DNA from: a virus
Reading direction: 5' to 3' (one strand)
Virus record (IMG/VR): IMGVR_UViG_3300008012_000022
Span: 29,369 to 93,368 of that record
Length of the DNA: 64,000 nt
Under the pieces are notes generated by a model, which did not search any database, was not told where the DNA came from, and was given only the letters and a program-made list of their open reading frames with translations. A program made the translations under genes and the position numbers. Shown one piece after another: positions 9,449 through 18,611 of the stretch; position 1 is the first letter of the stretch; each line of letters opens with the position of its first letter.

Positions 9449-10080
9449 TTTTGATAACAACTCCACACTGCCGCATTAGCTTCCTCAGTGCAGAAATCTT
9501 TTAAGTTTTCATTGAGAACAGTAGCAGAAATCTCTCCATACCAACTCTCATGCCAGTCCCATCGTTTGCCTAAATATTCGGCCTCAAATATTTCTTTGTT
9601 TGGTGCGTAGTCGTGAGTCATGATGACATCACCCGTTTTAAGATATGGAGAAAGTAATTGGAACTCAAGGTTTTTGTCACCACCATCACAGAATACTAAC
9701 GATTGACCTTCGTTTTGAATTATTCCTCCAATTCTTTCTATCATATGAAATATGTTACCATGCACCCTCATAACTCTATTGGACAGTTTCGATTTCTCTA
9801 ACGCTTCAATATCGTAAGCATAAATGGGAATATTTCTTGATAAACAATGATCATGAAGTAATGAGGTAAAACCTCCATGACGATAACCCAACTCAAGAAT
9901 TCTCATTGGTGAAGTTTCACGCGACAACTTATTTAGAAACTCAAATATATTATTGTTTTGTTCTGTTCTAACCCCTTTATAGAAAAAAGGATAATAGTCT
10001 TTGTCAGGGAACTCAGGATCAGGAACCACATTGTTCATGTTTATTCCATAGCGCCATCTTTTATATAATTTCTTTATCAT
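9445..10080 (-). CDS. class I SAM-dependent methyltransferase-like (CmcI-like)
   Basis: ILELGYRHGG, VFCDGG, LKTGDVIMTHD. Confidence 0.65.
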   Translation of the reverse strand: MIKKLYKRWRYGINMNNVVPDPEFPDKDYYPFFYKGVRTEQNNNIFEFLNKLSRETSPMRILELGYRHGGFTSLLHDHCLSRNIPIYAYDIEALEKSKLSNRVMRVHGNIFHMIERIGGIIQNEGQSLVFCDGGDKNLEFQLLSPYLKTGDVIMTHDYAPNKEIFEAEYLGKRWDWHESWYGEISATVLNENLKDFCTEEANAAVWSCYQK

Positions 10081-10907
10081 ATCCACCAATCTAGCACATA
10101 GTCTGGTCTTCCATCATAATTTGGTTCATCCAATCCATCAACTGGAAATTTTTCGCGCCTGACTCCGAGATCCTTACCCCACTTCTTACTTATATATGTT
10201 AGCTCAAGAGAGTCAGGGAAGTCTACGTGTCGTGGCGCGTGGTTGTTAGCGTGCATGTGCCACAACCAAAAATGTTTGTTTAGACCCTCAAAGAATCTCA
10301 GTCTACCAGCAAAGTCACGCTTTGCCTGTGCCAACTGTGGCTCAAGCACCCATCCATCAGGAACTTCTTCGATTAAAGAATGAACCTCAATACATATGAC
10401 AGCGAAGTAACTCTTAAGCAGTGCAAGGTTATCATCATTTAACCAATCATATTCGTGACCTTCAATATCCATCTTCAACACATTAAAGTCAGAACCACCT
10501 CCAAACGTATTTTCTTTAAGATGTTTATGAAAGTTGTCTGCCGTTAAATATTCCTTGTAGAACTTTCCGTATTGTATTTTAGCAGGAACTTCATCAATGG
10601 AACCGTCATACATAGATATCCAATTATAATCTTTATCTAACGACTGTTCAAATGATACACCCTCAGGATCGTCGCCAATACCATATGACAAAATCTGTAA
10701 TGGTGAGAACTCCACCATTTGTGCAGGTAATACATAAGACCCATCACCCACACCACAACGACAGAACTTATAAGTATAACTCCAGTATTTACCGTCGAAT
10801 TGACTGCTCAAACGACCAGTCCAATTTTTCATCTCTACATTGTGCGGCACCAGTAGATCTTTTAGGCGCTGATATTTATTTGGATTCTGTTCATCAAAAA
10901 AGGTCAT
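10077..10907 (-). CDS. FkbM/Methyltransf_22-like methyltransferase
   Basis: GDGSYV, LSYGIG...SFE, LKMDIEGHEY, IEVH, HANN. Confidence 0.75.
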   Translation of the reverse strand: MTFFDEQNPNKYQRLKDLLVPHNVEMKNWTGRLSSQFDGKYWSYTYKFCRCGVGDGSYVLPAQMVEFSPLQILSYGIGDDPEGVSFEQSLDKDYNWISMYDGSIDEVPAKIQYGKFYKEYLTADNFHKHLKENTFGGGSDFNVLKMDIEGHEYDWLNDDNLALLKSYFAVICIEVHSLIEEVPDGWVLEPQLAQAKRDFAGRLRFFEGLNKHFWLWHMHANNHAPRHVDFPDSLELTYISKKWGKDLGVRREKFPVDGLDEPNYDGRPDYVLDWWI

Positions 10908-11100
10908 TGTAAATAAGGTAAAAAATTCCAGATATTAACACAAGAAAGCTTCCTATAAATATCATTACGGTATAAAAACGATGGAAAAAGGAATAGAGTG
11001 AAGGGGTATAGCGCCCGAAATAATGGTTGGCGATTAGACCTAAGACCGCAAAGCTCCAAAATAACCAACAGTATAGATGTAACTCTATACTATCTTGCAT
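10894..11100 (-). CDS. small membrane protein
   Basis: Two hydrophobic segments; start at MQDSIEL avoids a long overlap with the GT2 gene. Confidence 0.55.
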   Translation of the reverse strand: MQDSIELHLYCWLFWSFAVLGLIANHYFGRYTPSLYSFFHRFYTVMIFIGSFLVLISGIFYLIYNDLF

Positions 11101-12037
11101 AACAAATACATGGGTTATTGTTTTCTGTATACCCCCCACAGTGAGGACAAACCATATAATTTTCCTCAAACTCTTCGAAAGTCATCAAATTCTCATAATT
11201 TAATTTCCAATATTCCCATTCGGGGGTTTCAGTCCCGTCCAATTGTGATGGGTCAATTGTTGCTGGTTTCTTATTCCACACTTCGAATGAATTATCTGCC
11301 CACGCATTAATGATACGACCTTCCTCAGGCCAATTACCACCTAATGCTAGCTGCCATTCAGACTCGTCAAGCGGCGGAAACGAAAACCTTTCAGTAGGTT
11401 TCTTTAAACAATATACCACCTTTGTGTCGGGGTGATGTTTCCAACAACTACCATCTGGATTGCTACGAACAGAATCTCTACCCTTGTCTATGAATAGCGG
11501 CGAACCATTTGGTAGTCTAACTGTATAGAATCTATTCAAATCTTCTGCTTCCAAATAATTTTGGACGCACTCTTCTGTCCACTTCAAGTCATCGAGCGGA
11601 CCCGGCCCTCCAAAATTCTTTGGTACGGTGAGATAGAAATCGCGGCCTATAAATTGTGCCCTTTCACTATACCCTCCGTTACCCTGATTACCTGCTAAGT
11701 CTACGTATGTATAACCTTGATTTTCTATCAGGTCAACAAAGCCTCTAATGTCTGCTTCGTATACTGGATTAGCTAGTTCATGATCTACTTGAATATAGAA
11801 TGCATACTCACTCTGACACTGACTGAATAATTGCACGGTGCCAGCACCACAACCAATATTGATCTGGTTGTTGATTACCTCCACCCTCTCTTCACGAGCA
11901 TACTTGTCAGCGTATCGTTCGCCACCATTGTTGAGAATCACCACCTTGTAATCGAAGTGACAAAGCCTCCTGATGGATGATAGTAGTTCCTCCAGTTCCT
12001 TTGGTCGATTGTAATCGAGTATAAGAATTTCTGTCAT
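11090..12037 (-). CDS. glycosyltransferase family 2 (GT-A)
   Basis: ILILDYNRP...LLSSI, VVILNNG, NIGCGAG. Confidence 0.75.
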   Translation of the reverse strand: MTEILILDYNRPKELEELLSSIRRLCHFDYKVVILNNGGERYADKYAREERVEVINNQINIGCGAGTVQLFSQCQSEYAFYIQVDHELANPVYEADIRGFVDLIENQGYTYVDLAGNQGNGGYSERAQFIGRDFYLTVPKNFGGPGPLDDLKWTEECVQNYLEAEDLNRFYTVRLPNGSPLFIDKGRDSVRSNPDGSCWKHHPDTKVVYCLKKPTERFSFPPLDESEWQLALGGNWPEEGRIINAWADNSFEVWNKKPATIDPSQLDGTETPEWEYWKLNYENLMTFEEFEENYMVCPHCGGYTENNNPCICYAR

Positions 12038-12582
12038 GCTATTATTCTAACCTTTTTAGGGAAGAACTTACATTCATATTCCCTCATATAATTCTCTGGT
12101 TTCGATTGGTGAAAGATAGGCATCGGCATATCATCTTCGAGTTCTTCGATAGGAAAGCGCCGATCATTAAACATACCGCTCATAGCTATACGATGATAAC
12201 CTTCGATAGCTTCCTCTGAACCTGATAGTGTAGCGAAAACTGTCAGTTTAGGTATGTGAATAAGACCTCTATCGTCATCGAACCTCATCACCTTCTCTCC
12301 ACACAGATAGTATGTTCCCCTGTGATTCTCTTCTAGATCGTTATCTATCAATTCTTCATCAGGTATATCGACTTGACGTTTCTCCCACCAACCCCTAATG
12401 TAATCTGCCATGTAGGTCTTGCCAGTTGCAGGGGGCATGATGAATAAATTATAATCATACTTTAAGTAGTCACTCCATATTTGATTCTGACAATTATAGG
12501 TCCACTCAACTTCTGGAAGTGTTGGTAATGCTGCGGCTAGAGGTGCTACAACCGCTGTCTTCAATAAATTTCGTCGCTTCAT
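12034..12582 (-). CDS. twin-arginine-leader protein with terminase-like fragments
   Basis: MKRRNLLKTAVVAPLAAA leader; MPPATGKTY P-loop; YMREYECKF. Confidence 0.6.
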   Translation of the reverse strand: MKRRNLLKTAVVAPLAAALPTLPEVEWTYNCQNQIWSDYLKYDYNLFIMPPATGKTYMADYIRGWWEKRQVDIPDEELIDNDLEENHRGTYYLCGEKVMRFDDDRGLIHIPKLTVFATLSGSEEAIEGYHRIAMSGMFNDRRFPIEELEDDMPMPIFHQSKPENYMREYECKFFPKKVRIIA

Positions 12583-12586
12583 ATCA

Positions 12587-12772
12587 CTAAATTATATTTG
12601 ATACTTTGTCATCTATGATGATTCGACCCTCATGAAGCTCCGCATACCAACCAACCTTCTTTGACCTGTCAACATAAACAAGTTCGTCTTGAATCCTGAC
12701 TTCTATCTCTTCCTCTTGTTTCTTTATAAAAGGAAGTGCACAAAATAATTTTAATAAATTTCGCCGCTTCAT
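12587..12772 (-). CDS. twin-arginine-leader mini-protein carrying the major-capsid C-terminal peptide
   Basis: MKRRNLLK leader; VDRSKKVGWYAE identical to the MCP peptide at 55338..55373. Confidence 0.8.
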   Translation of the reverse strand: MKRRNLLKLFCALPFIKKQEEEIEVRIQDELVYVDRSKKVGWYAELHEGRIIIDDKVSNII

Positions 12773-13167
12773 GATAGTTTCTTCGTCATGATTGGGTTCC
12801 CTTTCTCATCTACGTTAGGATTGCTGAACGGATCACCTTTAACTTCAGATTGTGACCTTTTTGATTCCTTTTCTGGTTTACATTCATCAACAAATTTAGG
12901 AATTTGCCCCGCTTTTAGTTGAGCGTCAAGTTCTCTCTGTTCCTCTTTGAGGTCAGCAAGGTCAAGTTCTAACGCAAGAACTTCTTCTTTTGCACGTCGA
13001 AGATAGATCGCAAAATCTAAAGCTTCCTCATATGCATGTTGTAACCATTCACGATGCGACAGTGGATTTTCTTCAACCGTCGTTCCATATTTCTCCTTAC
13101 CGAACTTTTGACGAGCGGCGATATCTTCACACACTCGCTTCTCTGTTCCTTCTACTTCAATTTCCAT
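12769..13167 (-). CDS. phage protein, possible all-alpha NTP pyrophosphatase fold
   Basis: RQKFGKEKYGTT...WLQHAYEEALDFAIYL. Confidence 0.5.
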   Translation of the reverse strand: MEIEVEGTEKRVCEDIAARQKFGKEKYGTTVEENPLSHREWLQHAYEEALDFAIYLRRAKEEVLALELDLADLKEEQRELDAQLKAGQIPKFVDECKPEKESKRSQSEVKGDPFSNPNVDEKGNPIMTKKLS

Positions 13168-13173
13168 AGCTAT

Positions 13174-13254
13174 TTATCTCAAAAACGCCCAAATCCATAG
13201 GGCACCACCTGCTATCAAACTACATATTATATAGCCAACGCAGAATTTTATCAT
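13174..13254 (-). CDS. 26-aa single-TM peptide
   Basis: MIKFCVGYIICSLIAGGALWIWAFLR fills the gap. Confidence 0.4.
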   Translation of the reverse strand: MIKFCVGYIICSLIAGGALWIWAFLR

Positions 13255-13265
13255 CTGTTTATCAT

Positions 13266-14912
13266 TTAGCCTTCGCATACTGAACATTCGTTCAAGTTCT
13301 TGCGATAGAATGTCTGCGCTGCATTTGATGCGTTGTGCTGGTAATACAATGATTTAATACCATTCTCCCACGCATATATTAGCAGTTCATTCATTTCTTT
13401 CGCTGGTGTGTCAGGATGAATCATCAAGTTAGTTGATTGACCCTGATCAATATAGGGTTGTCTCCCTGCCGCTTGCATAATAATATCCTTCGGCGCTATC
13501 TCAGGAAACGTTTTAAAAACTTCCTTCTCGTGATCATCAAAGACGTTTAAGTTTTGAATTGATCCATCGGCTAAAAGAATTTGTCGCCACACCTTTTCAT
13601 CAATGTTTCTTTCCGCAAAAAGTTTCACTAATTCAGGGTTCTTAATCGGCGTATCGATCTTTGCCAATTCTTTGGTATAGTAATTCTTCCAGATTGGTTC
13701 TTTTGACTGAGATACTTGACCGAGAATAAAAGCAGATGAAGTGTTCGGCGCTAAAGACATTCGTGTTGCCCATCTCTCGTTATATGGTGCCATCATTCGT
13801 GTGGTCCCATGAGTCTCAGCCATCTTACGTGACGCTTCAAGACTCTGTTCATCCATGAGGCTAAAGATTTCTTTGTTCAACTGTAATGCCTCAAGTGATC
13901 CGAATGGAATACCTTTCGACTGCAACAGTGAGTGCCAACCTGTAGCTCCCATACCGACTGCACGATGCTCCGCAGCAAATCTTACAGCACGCTCCATGTG
14001 TGGAACTAAAGACGCTTTAGCAATGAACTCTGACATTATTGCATCAAGAAACTGCATCATGATTTCTACTGCATCAGTGTCTTTCCAGTCGTGATAGTGC
14101 AGAAGATTCATCGATGATAAACAACACACAAAAGATTCTTGAGTGTTTGATGGCAGCATGATCTCAGAACATACATTCGATGCATAGATTTCCTTTTGAA
14201 GATCCTTATAAACTTGCGGCTTGTTATCGTTTACGTTGTCGCTAAAAAAGATATAAGGTAGACCTATCTCAAAGCGAGACTTGATTACCTTAGCCCAAAT
14301 TTTTCGTTTTTCTACATCACCTTCAATCATTTCCCGCATCCATTGATTGGATACAGTGACACCTGTAAATAGATGCTGGATAGGATGACCTTCATGTTTG
14401 ATTTGTAAGAACTCTTCGATATCACCATGATCAATAGGAAGGTAACAGGCACAGATCCCGCGCCGAACTTTTGACTGTTTCGACACGTCAACAGTGACGT
14501 TATTTATCCGCATGAATGATACCGAACCATCTGACTTGCCACCTGTTGAGATTTTTGAACCTCGTGATCGAACAGCACCATAGTATGCGCTGGTTCCACC
14601 ACCCATTTTGCTCATCATTCCTATCTCAGAATTCGTATCAAGAATTCCCTCCATAGTATCAGGAACATACGATCCAAAACATGAGATAGGAAGTCCGCGC
14701 TTGCGACCAAAGTTCGCCCATACAGGAGAAGAAAAAAGAAAATGTCCTTTGGCAGCATGGTCAAGGAATCTGTCTGCGAAACCCTTGATACCGAGAATTA
14801 TTTCTGCTGTAGCGGCGATATCACGAACCCTATGAATTGGATCTTCACCCTCTTCTAAGTATCCACCCGAAAGAAAGATCTTAGATTTTTTGTTAAGCCA
14901 TTCGAAATCCAT
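13266..14912 (-). CDS. nrdA: class I ribonucleotide reductase alpha subunit (no ATP cone)
   Basis: SSPVWAN, PISCF, GGGT, SNVCSEI, APNTSS, DQGQS, KSLYY, C-terminal CSVCEG. Confidence 0.95.
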   Translation of the reverse strand: MDFEWLNKKSKIFLSGGYLEEGEDPIHRVRDIAATAEIILGIKGFADRFLDHAAKGHFLFSSPVWANFGRKRGLPISCFGSYVPDTMEGILDTNSEIGMMSKMGGGTSAYYGAVRSRGSKISTGGKSDGSVSFMRINNVTVDVSKQSKVRRGICACYLPIDHGDIEEFLQIKHEGHPIQHLFTGVTVSNQWMREMIEGDVEKRKIWAKVIKSRFEIGLPYIFFSDNVNDNKPQVYKDLQKEIYASNVCSEIMLPSNTQESFVCCLSSMNLLHYHDWKDTDAVEIMMQFLDAIMSEFIAKASLVPHMERAVRFAAEHRAVGMGATGWHSLLQSKGIPFGSLEALQLNKEIFSLMDEQSLEASRKMAETHGTTRMMAPYNERWATRMSLAPNTSSAFILGQVSQSKEPIWKNYYTKELAKIDTPIKNPELVKLFAERNIDEKVWRQILLADGSIQNLNVFDDHEKEVFKTFPEIAPKDIIMQAAGRQPYIDQGQSTNLMIHPDTPAKEMNELLIYAWENGIKSLYYQHNASNAAQTFYRKNLNECSVCEG

Positions 14913-15133
14913 TATCGTTCGCTTATTCCTCGTGGTTCAGGTTTAGGAAGTTTGGTGCCGAAAATTTGAGTATTACAATCTTTCGTTGGACAGTCAATAT
15001 GAAATAGTGTCTCATTCCTGTCATGAGATGATGAACCTTCTTTTCTTTGCCACTCTACAATTGCTCCACACGTATGACACTCGCCTCGATATAAATCCTC
15101 TGATGGTGGATGACCCTCTTTAATAATTCTCAT
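14912..15133 (-). CDS. small zinc-ribbon protein
   Basis: CHTC...CPTKDC. Confidence 0.65.
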   Translation of the reverse strand: MRIIKEGHPPSEDLYRGECHTCGAIVEWQRKEGSSSHDRNETLFHIDCPTKDCNTQIFGTKLPKPEPRGISER

Positions 15134-16143
15134 TAGAATAAATCGTTCTCTGAAATCGCCTTATTTTTGCGCACGTAATTAGTTGGTCGCTGATTGAAAA
15201 AATCTACATGGACACCAGCAATTAGCTTCTCGTCAAACCATCTGGTTTTTTCAAGACGAGCTTCATTTACGTCAAATATAGGGTCTAATCCTATTCCTGT
15301 CAAGCTTTCATTTAGCCTATTCTTAATAAAGTCTTTCACTTCTAAGATTTTTATATGATCTGGCTTGCATCCATCCACTGTTGGTTCAAAGATTAAATCG
15401 CCATCAGGAAAAATCCATTTCAATAACTTCTCTTCAGCGCGATAAGCCTTGCGAGAGTAGAGGTAAATGAGTTTTTTTAACTCATCATTGAAAAAGTCAG
15501 GATGTTCTTCTTTAATCTGGTTGATTAACCACGTGCCAAACATTCCATGAATTGCTTCCTCCTTCGAAGTTGCCGCGACTACATTGTTGATATCTACCAG
15601 CCACTTGCGATGCTTGTTGAAGGATTGAATGATAAAAAACTGAGAAAATAACGAAACATTTTCTATAAAAAGAGAAAATAAAATGATTGATTTGAGGAAA
15701 TTCTCTTCCAGTCTTGCCGTGGAGAACTCTTTATATTTCGTTAGGTAAACGTGACGGTCATTCACCGCAGGAATTTCTTTAATCTTCTCGAACTCTTCGT
15801 TTAGCCCCAAAATTTCTAACAGTGCAGAGTATGCATCAAGATGACGTTTCTCTGACTCACCAAATGTAGCGCCAACTCCGAGCACTTCTGGTTTAGGTAT
15901 GTGACGATGTAGGTTGCACCAGAAAGTTTTGACGCCAACCTCTACTTGAGATATTAGAAGTAGGCATTTCTTAATTACCTCTCTTTGGTAATCATTTAGT
16001 TCGGTGTGATATTCTTGAATATCTGTTGTAAAATTAAACTCTGTATGTACCCAATAGGATTGTCGGATTGCTTCTACGTAATCTTCACAGATTGGATACT
16101 CAAGTGGTTTAATATTATCTCTCGGTTCGAATAAGTCGCTCAT
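15133..16143 (-). CDS. nrdB: class I ribonucleotide reductase beta subunit
   Basis: YWVHTEF, ESEKRHLDAYS, ENVSLFSQF, KEEAIH, DFFNQRPTNY. Confidence 0.95.
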   Translation of the reverse strand: MSDLFEPRDNIKPLEYPICEDYVEAIRQSYWVHTEFNFTTDIQEYHTELNDYQREVIKKCLLLISQVEVGVKTFWCNLHRHIPKPEVLGVGATFGESEKRHLDAYSALLEILGLNEEFEKIKEIPAVNDRHVYLTKYKEFSTARLEENFLKSIILFSLFIENVSLFSQFFIIQSFNKHRKWLVDINNVVAATSKEEAIHGMFGTWLINQIKEEHPDFFNDELKKLIYLYSRKAYRAEEKLLKWIFPDGDLIFEPTVDGCKPDHIKILEVKDFIKNRLNESLTGIGLDPIFDVNEARLEKTRWFDEKLIAGVHVDFFNQRPTNYVRKNKAISENDLF

Positions 16144-16639
16144 GGTTTGTGTCTAATTGATTAAGTTGCGCGAACTCACCAAACAAACACATGGCTTTTC
16201 GATTATAAGCCTTAGCAGCTTCGACTTCTGAATCAAATCTGCCGATCCAAATCTGTTTTCCTTCGAAACGAATACTTGCCAACCATTTAGAGCGTCGTTT
16301 CTCCCAACAAACCCCCTTGTATTGACTAGTAGTTTTAGCTTTTTTAAATCGATTACGGTTATTTTCTGCTTGAGTGCATTCGCGTAAATTTGAAAAATGA
16401 TTATTCTGTACGTTACCATCTTTATGGTCTACGAATTCAGGCCAATAATCATTTTCCAAAAAGAACACAAGGCGATGAACATAAAATGTTTTTTTGCCGT
16501 CTTGTGTTTCTAATATTAGGCGCAATTTTTTATTATCACGCCTAACAGGAGATGAAATTCCTTTCTTAGAAATAACACCTTTAGACCTATTGTAATCGAC
16601 TTGATTAAGAAGTTCTGCTCTGGTTAATAAGTTTTTCAT
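16115..16639 (-). CDS. HNH homing endonuclease with AP2 domain
   Basis: HRLV, VDHKDGNVQNNHFSNLR, YKGV...W.A.I...IGRF..EVEAAKAYN. Confidence 0.9.
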   Translation of the reverse strand: MKNLLTRAELLNQVDYNRSKGVISKKGISSPVRRDNKKLRLILETQDGKKTFYVHRLVFFLENDYWPEFVDHKDGNVQNNHFSNLRECTQAENNRNRFKKAKTTSQYKGVCWEKRRSKWLASIRFEGKQIWIGRFDSEVEAAKAYNRKAMCLFGEFAQLNQLDTNHERLIRTER

Positions 16640-17108
16640 AATTAGTATCCAGATCAGAAATGGGCATATCATAGACATCTAATTTAGCCACAAAGCCGTT
16701 CTCTTTGCACACGTCACCCTTGCGGACACGTATACCCTGAGAAATTAATTCGTCGTGTTTTTTAAAGCCGAGAAACCAGCCTTTTGTTAAATTTTTATGC
16801 ACACGCACGAACGCATAGTAATCACAGTCCTGTAAATAATAATCAGCAATGGTGCACATATAATGAGGTAGTGGAGTTACCGAAGTCATTTTGGTTTTAA
16901 CGTCTATTGTTAAACCATTCTCTAGAACGAGATCGTATTCGTATGTGTTTGCAAATTCGCCGCCTAAAACATGTTGTGCGATGTGCTCTCCTATAAAACC
17001 AACTAAATTCCCTGCACCTTTTCTGATCGAATGATTGAGATGACCTAACTCATCTGCTTTTTCTTTTGCGGACTGATACCACTCGTCTGTGACTTCAAAC
17101 TCGATCAT
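16605..17108 (-). CDS. hypothetical protein, PD-(D/E)XK-like
   Basis: GFIGE...YDL...IDVKTK. Confidence 0.55.
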   Translation of the reverse strand: MIEFEVTDEWYQSAKEKADELGHLNHSIRKGAGNLVGFIGEHIAQHVLGGEFANTYEYDLVLENGLTIDVKTKMTSVTPLPHYMCTIADYYLQDCDYYAFVRVHKNLTKGWFLGFKKHDELISQGIRVRKGDVCKENGFVAKLDVYDMPISDLDTNYEKLINQSRTS

Positions 17109-17116
17109 AGGTAAAC

Positions 17117-17145
17117 TATTTTACACAACTTTTCAACTTAGTCAA
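17117..17145 (-). promoter_or_regulatory. promoter TTGACT-N16-TAAAAT overlapping a GTGTAA motif
   Basis: At the head of the leftward operon. Confidence 0.6.
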
Positions 17146-17217
17146 AGGCTTTTTGTAACAATTTTTTACTATACTAAAAACTCAAAGGTTCGGTGCTGAG
17201 AAAATACTCGACACGTC

Positions 17218-17268
17218 AGACTTACTCGCGCTGTTAACTAATCTTAACAGTTGGCGCTTCGTAAGTCT
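17218..17268. repeat. interrupted inverted repeat in the divergent intergenic region
   Basis: AGACTTAC..GCGC-TGTTAA / TTAACA..GCGC..GTAAGTCT. Confidence 0.6.
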
Positions 17269-17535
17269 TCCTCTAACCGATTCTTGTTTCTGTAAGTCGT
17301 CAACTGTTCGAAAAACTCGCAACGATGAGCAAAGATAATGTCCTAACTTTCTCGTTTTTAAGCAAAGCCTATCAGCTACTCGTCAGTTATTCCTCACGGG
17401 AGGTCGTTCGTTTTTCTCGCACTACATTTACCTGTCATTTGTTTTCTTGTCAAGTATTATTTTCATTTTTTTTCTTTTTTGTAATAAAAAGAGGAATTTA
17501 ATTGATTTTTACTGTAAAAGTGAATAGTATCGTGT

Positions 17536-18153
17536 ATGGATAACGATTTTATGCAGTTTTCAGGGTCTAACAGGTCCGAAATGGACGACAATTATCTCGT
17601 ATCGTTGGTAAAAGATGAAGCAGATGAGGGAGCTTTGTTAGAGTTGATGGAACGTCACAGTGGCATCTTTCATCAGACCGTAGCTAACTTCATGCCGCCA
17701 TCTTATACGAATTCTCAGCGGGAAGATGTCTTTGAGGAAAAGCCGACTTACTTCTTCGAAGCTATCGCCTCATTTGACGAAGCTCGTAACGCAAAATTTT
17801 CAACATGGCTTGCGAATAAAACTAAGTACACTCTACTTACTCAAAGGTCAAAGGTAAAGGGTCAACCTACATTCTGTGAGTATGACGACAGCTTAGGCGG
17901 CGAACATGGACTGTCACCAGAAACATATCTGTTGCGAAAAGACCAGTCAGAAGAAATTCTAAATTTGGTCCTTGACAAATATGGATCTGAGGTCTACGAT
18001 ATCGTGAAGCAGAAATATTTTGGTGGTGAGAAGAAGACTGGACAAACGTTCAGTCAAATTGCTGACGGTTTAGGGGTATCACCTCAAGCCATTCAAGCAA
18101 AACATAAAGACGCCATGTTATTTTTGAAAAAGAAACTATCGTATGATTTTTGA
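17536..18153 (+). CDS. sigma-70 family RNA polymerase sigma factor
   Basis: Region 2 AIASFDEARNAKFSTW; region 4 HTH TFSQIADGLGVSPQAI. Confidence 0.85.
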   Translation: MDNDFMQFSGSNRSEMDDNYLVSLVKDEADEGALLELMERHSGIFHQTVANFMPPSYTNSQREDVFEEKPTYFFEAIASFDEARNAKFSTWLANKTKYTLLTQRSKVKGQPTFCEYDDSLGGEHGLSPETYLLRKDQSEEILNLVLDKYGSEVYDIVKQKYFGGEKKTGQTFSQIADGLGVSPQAIQAKHKDAMLFLKKKLSYDF

Positions 18154-18610
18154 TCGGCAAAAAATTCTGGAAAAATACAATTATAATCCAGATATGGGAA
18201 TCTTAATAGCGAAAGATTCTGCCAAAATTATTGGTGCTTTAAATACTAGTTCAAAATATTTACAAATAAAACTTGATGGGCAGCAACCCTTAGTTCATCG
18301 AATTATTTATTTTTTAGAAACAGGAGAACAACCTGAAATTGTTGATCATATTGATGGTGATACTCGTAATAACCGTATTACTAATCTTCGCGCCTCAAAC
18401 AACCAATTTAATCAAGCTAATCAAATTCAACATAGGGGCTATTCGAAATATAAAGGTGTTTGTTTAGACCGTAAGTATTGGAAAGCTAGCATTCAATATA
18501 ATAGAAAATCTATCCATATAGGCAATTTTAAAACAGAATTAGAAGCAGCACAAGCTTACGATAAGAAAGCAAAAGAACTTTTTGGAGAACACGCACGCAC
18601 AAATTTTTAA
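18143..18610 (+). CDS. HNH homing endonuclease with AP2 domain
   Basis: HRII, VDHIDGDTRNNRITNLR, YKGV, EAAQAYD. Confidence 0.9.
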   Translation: MIFDRQKILEKYNYNPDMGILIAKDSAKIIGALNTSSKYLQIKLDGQQPLVHRIIYFLETGEQPEIVDHIDGDTRNNRITNLRASNNQFNQANQIQHRGYSKYKGVCLDRKYWKASIQYNRKSIHIGNFKTELEAAQAYDKKAKELFGEHARTNF

Positions 18611-18611
18611 T

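Noticed and set aside
13266-16143. Introns or inteins in nrdA/nrdB (also checked dnaB and recA)
   Set aside because: All are continuous and of normal length; the HNH genes nearby are free-standing.
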